A stretch of 29,406 bases of DNA, taken from Candidatus Cloacimonadota bacterium. Lineage in GTDB: Bacteria; Cloacimonadota; Cloacimonadia; Cloacimonadales; TCS61. Where the stretch lies: positions 1-29,406 of the forward strand of contig QMNP01000001.1 of assembly GCA_003647825.1 (NCBI GenBank), read 5' to 3'. A model generated the notes under the pieces. It made no database searches, was not told where the DNA came from, and saw only the letters and a program-made list of their open reading frames with translations. Positions 26,293 through 29,406 of the stretch are shown piece after piece. Position numbers and translations under genes: made by a program. Each line of letters starts with the position of its first letter. Position 1 is the first letter of the stretch.

Positions 26293-27312
26293 ATGATTTA
26301 CGATTTTTTTGAGAAAGGACGGAAATTTCTAGGTGTTGAATATCCCATTATTTGTGGGGGAATGACCTGGATAAGTGATTATAAATTGGTTAAAGCTGTT
26401 TCGGATGCTGGAGGATTTCCCGTTTTTGCCGGTGGAAATATGCCGCCTGATCTTTTTGAACAGGAAGTGGATCAATTGATAAATGGTTTGGATAAACCTT
26501 TTGCAGTAAATTTAATAACAATAGCTCCCAACTATCGGAATCATTTTGAAATTATGCTAACAAAAGATGTTCCATTCGTAGTATTTGCAGGGAACTTTCC
26601 TAAGAAACGTGATGTAGTTGCCATGAAGGAAGCTGGCAAAAAAACTATGTCTTTTGCTTCTACAGAATCGATTGCAGATAAACAGATCAATTGGGGAATT
26701 GATGCCTTGATCCTGGAAGGAAGCGAAGCAGGAGGTCATATCGGCAGCGTTTCTTTAACTGTTCTTCTCCAGCAGGTTCTATTCAATTTCCGAGATTTCC
26801 CGATTTTTGTAGCCGGTGGAATTGCAACTGGCCAGATGATGGCACATCTACTTTTAATGGGAGCTTATGGTGTACAAATGGGAACTATCTTTGCCATGAG
26901 CCAGGAATGTTCTGCTCATGAAAATTTTAAGAAAGCATTCAAAAAAGCCAGAGCGCGGCAGGCTGTGGCAACTCCGCAATACGACAGTAAATTACCAGTT
27001 GTAGCAGTGCGCTCAATATTGAATAAAGGAATGGCACAATTTGGCAGACTGCAGCTTGAACTTTTAAAGAAATTGGATGCTGGAAGTATTACACGCGAAA
27101 AAGCTCAATATGAAATCGAAAGTTATTGGGCTGGAACCCTACGGCAGGCAGTTCAGGATGGCGACGTACAAAATGGTTCTTTGATGGCGGGGCAAAGTGT
27201 GGGATTGGTAAATGAAGTGAAACCGATAAAAGAGATTATGAAAAATCTGATCGAAGATGCAGAGGAAGAATTAGAGATGCTGAGAAAAGAATTCTCAAAG
27301 TTTTGCAAATAA
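26293..27312 (+). CDS. Nitronate monooxygenase / FabK-like FMN-dependent enoyl-thioester reductase, paralogue 2
   Basis: GVEYPIICGGM, AVSDAGG, KPFAVNL, GSEAGGHIG, FVAGGI and MAGQSVGLV. Confidence 0.88.
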   Translation: MIYDFFEKGRKFLGVEYPIICGGMTWISDYKLVKAVSDAGGFPVFAGGNMPPDLFEQEVDQLINGLDKPFAVNLITIAPNYRNHFEIMLTKDVPFVVFAGNFPKKRDVVAMKEAGKKTMSFASTESIADKQINWGIDALILEGSEAGGHIGSVSLTVLLQQVLFNFRDFPIFVAGGIATGQMMAHLLLMGAYGVQMGTIFAMSQECSAHENFKKAFKKARARQAVATPQYDSKLPVVAVRSILNKGMAQFGRLQLELLKKLDAGSITREKAQYEIESYWAGTLRQAVQDGDVQNGSLMAGQSVGLVNEVKPIKEIMKNLIEDAEEELEMLRKEFSKFCK

Positions 27313-27340
27313 AACCTTCCGAAGTTTGATTCTTAAAAAA

Positions 27341-27372
27341 GGTTCCCAAGACAAACTTGGGAACCAGAATTA
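27341..27372 (+). repeat. REP-like palindrome GGTTCCCAAG-ACAAA-CTTGGGAACC-AGAATTA
   Basis: Perfect 10-bp stem between convergent genes; related copies at 5260 and 28749. Confidence 0.8.
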
Positions 27373-27430
27373 TCAAGAGATGATTCGTGAATTACCCCTG
27401 CAAGATTTGTTTGTCCGTGATTCTATAAAA

Positions 27431-28621
27431 TTAGCTTTCTACCAGCACAAACTCAAACCAGAGCCTGAATTTCTCGTCCATAAATTTAATTTCAGGTGAA
27501 TCTTTCCATTTATCCCAGGTGACGTAATCACCCATTTTCCAATTTTTCCCAAAATAATTTCGATGCAGAATTTCCCTACCTTCCTGATTATAAAATTTTT
27601 CCATATAACACCGACCGTGGAAATCATCTGAACTGCTGCAATCTCTTAATACATTCACATATTTTTTACCAGCAATGATTACATCTACCAGATCTACTTT
27701 ACGTGTTTCATTACTTTTATCGTATTCATACGTTCCAGTAGTTAACAGGCACTTTTCGGGTGACATTAATTTCTGCTGATCAATATCGATCTTCATTTTC
27801 TTTGGAAAATTCAAAACCCGGAAAGGCATCGATAATACTCCATCTGCCAAATTGTAATAGTAATACTTCTCTGTAGTACAATCTTTGATGAGAGATTTAT
27901 CCTTTACTTCTATAACTTCTTTTCCCAATACAGTAGCTTTTCGGGTTACTTCAGAGCAAAATTTGTTTATAAAAATCCTGCCCGGATATTCATAAGCTTC
28001 GTAGAATTCTTTGTCCCCAATACCTGCCAGTGGTGAACCAAAGTTTAATCCAAATCCCAATTTGTTAACAGATGTCTTTCTCTGTTGCTTCTCAATAATT
28101 TCAATTTCAGGTGCAGTTTTGGATGGTTTCATACCAAACTCCTTTCTAAGTTTTTTACGGGCATCATGCAATCGACGTTTGATGGTTCCTTCTGGGATCT
28201 GCAGTAATTTACTGATATCTTTGATGGAATTGTGAGTAAAATACTTCATCATTATCACATTGCGCAACGGATACGACAGATGATTGATTCCTTTTATAAG
28301 ATGTTCATATTCTTCTAATGTTATCACATCATCTTCAATCTTACTTTCATCTGCAATACAATTAATATCGGCAATATAAGCCATTTTTGTCTTGCCTTTC
28401 AACCAGTTGAAGCATTTGTTTCTGGATATTGTCATGAGCCAACCCTCTACATTATAAGGCTCACTTAGATCTGATAATTTGTTCCAGGCGGATGTAAGAG
28501 CATCCTGTAAAACATCACACTGATCATTGTAATCTGAGATATACTTTTTGATCAATTTTTGCACATCAGGAATTGCCTGCAAGCAGCGTTTCTCCAGTTC
28601 TTTTCTCAAATCAATATCCAC
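27431..28621 (-). CDS. ECF-type sigma-70 factor with a ~230-aa soluble C-terminal extension
   Basis: Region 2 DVLQDALTSAW and GWLMTISRNKCFNWLK; region 4 SIKDISKLLQIPEGTIKRRLHDARKKL; GTG start with AGGAAG RBS. Confidence 0.9.
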   Translation of the reverse strand: MDIDLRKELEKRCLQAIPDVQKLIKKYISDYNDQCDVLQDALTSAWNKLSDLSEPYNVEGWLMTISRNKCFNWLKGKTKMAYIADINCIADESKIEDDVITLEEYEHLIKGINHLSYPLRNVIMMKYFTHNSIKDISKLLQIPEGTIKRRLHDARKKLRKEFGMKPSKTAPEIEIIEKQQRKTSVNKLGFGLNFGSPLAGIGDKEFYEAYEYPGRIFINKFCSEVTRKATVLGKEVIEVKDKSLIKDCTTEKYYYYNLADGVLSMPFRVLNFPKKMKIDIDQQKLMSPEKCLLTTGTYEYDKSNETRKVDLVDVIIAGKKYVNVLRDCSSSDDFHGRCYMEKFYNQEGREILHRNYFGKNWKMGDYVTWDKWKDSPEIKFMDEKFRLWFEFVLVES

Positions 28622-28645
28622 AATTTATCACTTCCTGTTTACCCC

Positions 28646-28672
28646 TATAACTCTAAAATCAGAAAAGGTTCG
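28646..28672 (-). promoter_or_regulatory. Candidate ECF-type autoregulatory promoter CGAACC-N15-GTTATA
   Basis: AAC-containing -35 followed by a T-tract and a GT-containing -10, ending 24 nt before the ECF start codon. Confidence 0.4.
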
Positions 28673-28748
28673 ATTTATTTTTTTTGAAGACTCGATTTTA
28701 TTTCCATTCTTACGTTAAGCTCTTGCTTTGAGGTAATTCTGTAATAAA

Positions 28749-28777
28749 GACTCCCAAGACAAACTTGGGAGCCAGAA
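28749..28777 (+). repeat. REP-like palindrome GACTCCCAAG-ACAAA-CTTGGGAGCC-AGAA
   Basis: Variant of the 27341 element with a compensatory T-A to C-G pair change. Confidence 0.75.
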
Positions 28778-28845
28778 GAAGCAAGAAGCCCGAAAACCTA
28801 TCGCAAGGTCTCTTTATTAGCTTTGCGTCTTAGCGTCCTTTCCGG

Positions 28846-29406
28846 TTAAAACGTTGTTACATCTACGAAGTTGAAATCATCAATCAATAGTGTTGGTATT
28901 TTGGCGTAATATTCCTGCTGAACAACTGGTCCCATGGCCAGAATGCGTTTTGTAGCATCATGCAGAATTTCATTCCAACGGAAATTAGTTACCGACTTCT
29001 GAATCTTTCCATCTTCAAAGTAGAGCACACCATCGCGGGTTAATCCAGTCCATTCACCTGTTTTACGATCAATTGGTCGAATATACCAGAAATTATTCAC
29101 GATCACTCCTCGTTTCACCATTTTCATCATTTCAGCTTCAGATGTGTCTCCACCTTCTACAATTATGTTGTATGGACGCAATGCCTTTAGCTTCTTCTGT
29201 TTGGCATAATACCTGGTTGCACTCATATTCTTGATCACACCGTTCACTATCCAATCAATATTTTCAGCAGGAACACCACCATTTATAAATTTAGCAGCAT
29301 TCAAATCAGAGTCATCCAGACTTGAGCGGAAAGTGAAATCTTTTCCGAAAAATTGTTTTCCAATCTGATCTGTGAAAGGTGTATGTCCTTCATCCGCAGT
29401 ACGACG
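28846..29406 (-). CDS. TldD/PmbA family protein, C-terminal part; 5' end outside the window
   Basis: The frame is open to the window edge (RRTADEGHTPF...). Motifs NIIVEGG, VNNFWYIR, TGLTRDG..Y.EDG.I, V.NFRWNE and PTLLIDDFNF. Confidence 0.85.
   Translation of the reverse strand, partial: RRTADEGHTPFTDQIGKQFFGKDFTFRSSLDDSDLNAAKFINGGVPAENIDWIVNGVIKNMSATRYYAKQKKLKALRPYNIIVEGGDTSEAEMMKMVKRGVIVNNFWYIRPIDRKTGEWTGLTRDGVLYFEDGKIQKSVTNFRWNEILHDATKRILAMGPVVQQEYYAKIPTLLIDDFNFVDVTTF

Noticed and set aside
312-27627. The many other 60-160 aa ORFs in the track that overlap annotated genes (for example 1674-1994, 5282-5614, 24086-24313, 24424-24759, 25398-25886)
   Set aside because: They lie within or antisense to strongly supported CDSs and show no independent RBS or family motif.
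28846-29406. TldD-dependent RiPP/microcin cluster
   Set aside because: No precursor peptide, YcaO, radical SAM or exporter gene is in view.
1-29406. Recoding (selenocysteine, stop-codon reassignment, programmed frameshift)
   Set aside because: All recognised genes are intact under code 11, TGA serves as a normal stop (for example 6279-6281), and no split genes were seen.

Overview
AT-rich chromosomal housekeeping and envelope window from a diderm, probably anaerobic FCB-group bacterium. Candidatus Cloacimonadota is my inference from the SprA homologue, the clostridial-type ferredoxin and the gene mix; the sequence does not prove it. From left to right it holds: the 3' end of a B12-dependent IcmF-type acyl-CoA mutase followed by a four-step beta-oxidation cluster (acyl-CoA dehydrogenase, crotonase, an atypical 3-hydroxyacyl-CoA dehydrogenase, an SCP2-type thiolase); a FabK/nitronate-monooxygenase-family gene; tRNA-Arg(CCT) with a 46-bp tandem repeat behind it; an M20 amidohydrolase; two orphans; tatD; ferredoxin; coaX abutting a 2049-aa SprA (T9SS translocon) homologue; an MCE/Mla operon; a Mut7-C protein; an OmpA-family protein; a secreted MsrB-MsrA fusion; a second FabK-like gene; an ECF sigma factor with a long C-terminal extension; and the 3' part of a TldD/PmbA gene. 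The best candidate for an undescribed system is the MCE/Mla operon, whose PqiC-like lipoprotein is fused to two beta-sandwich modules and a DUF3078-like outer-membrane beta-barrel. Other notable signals are the anti-sigma-less extended ECF with a candidate autoregulatory promoter, a recurring TTGACA-N16-TAnnnnTGCA-like promoter pattern, and REP-like palindrome families with compensatory changes and a nested insertion. No transposase, integrase, prophage, CRISPR array or rRNA was seen.
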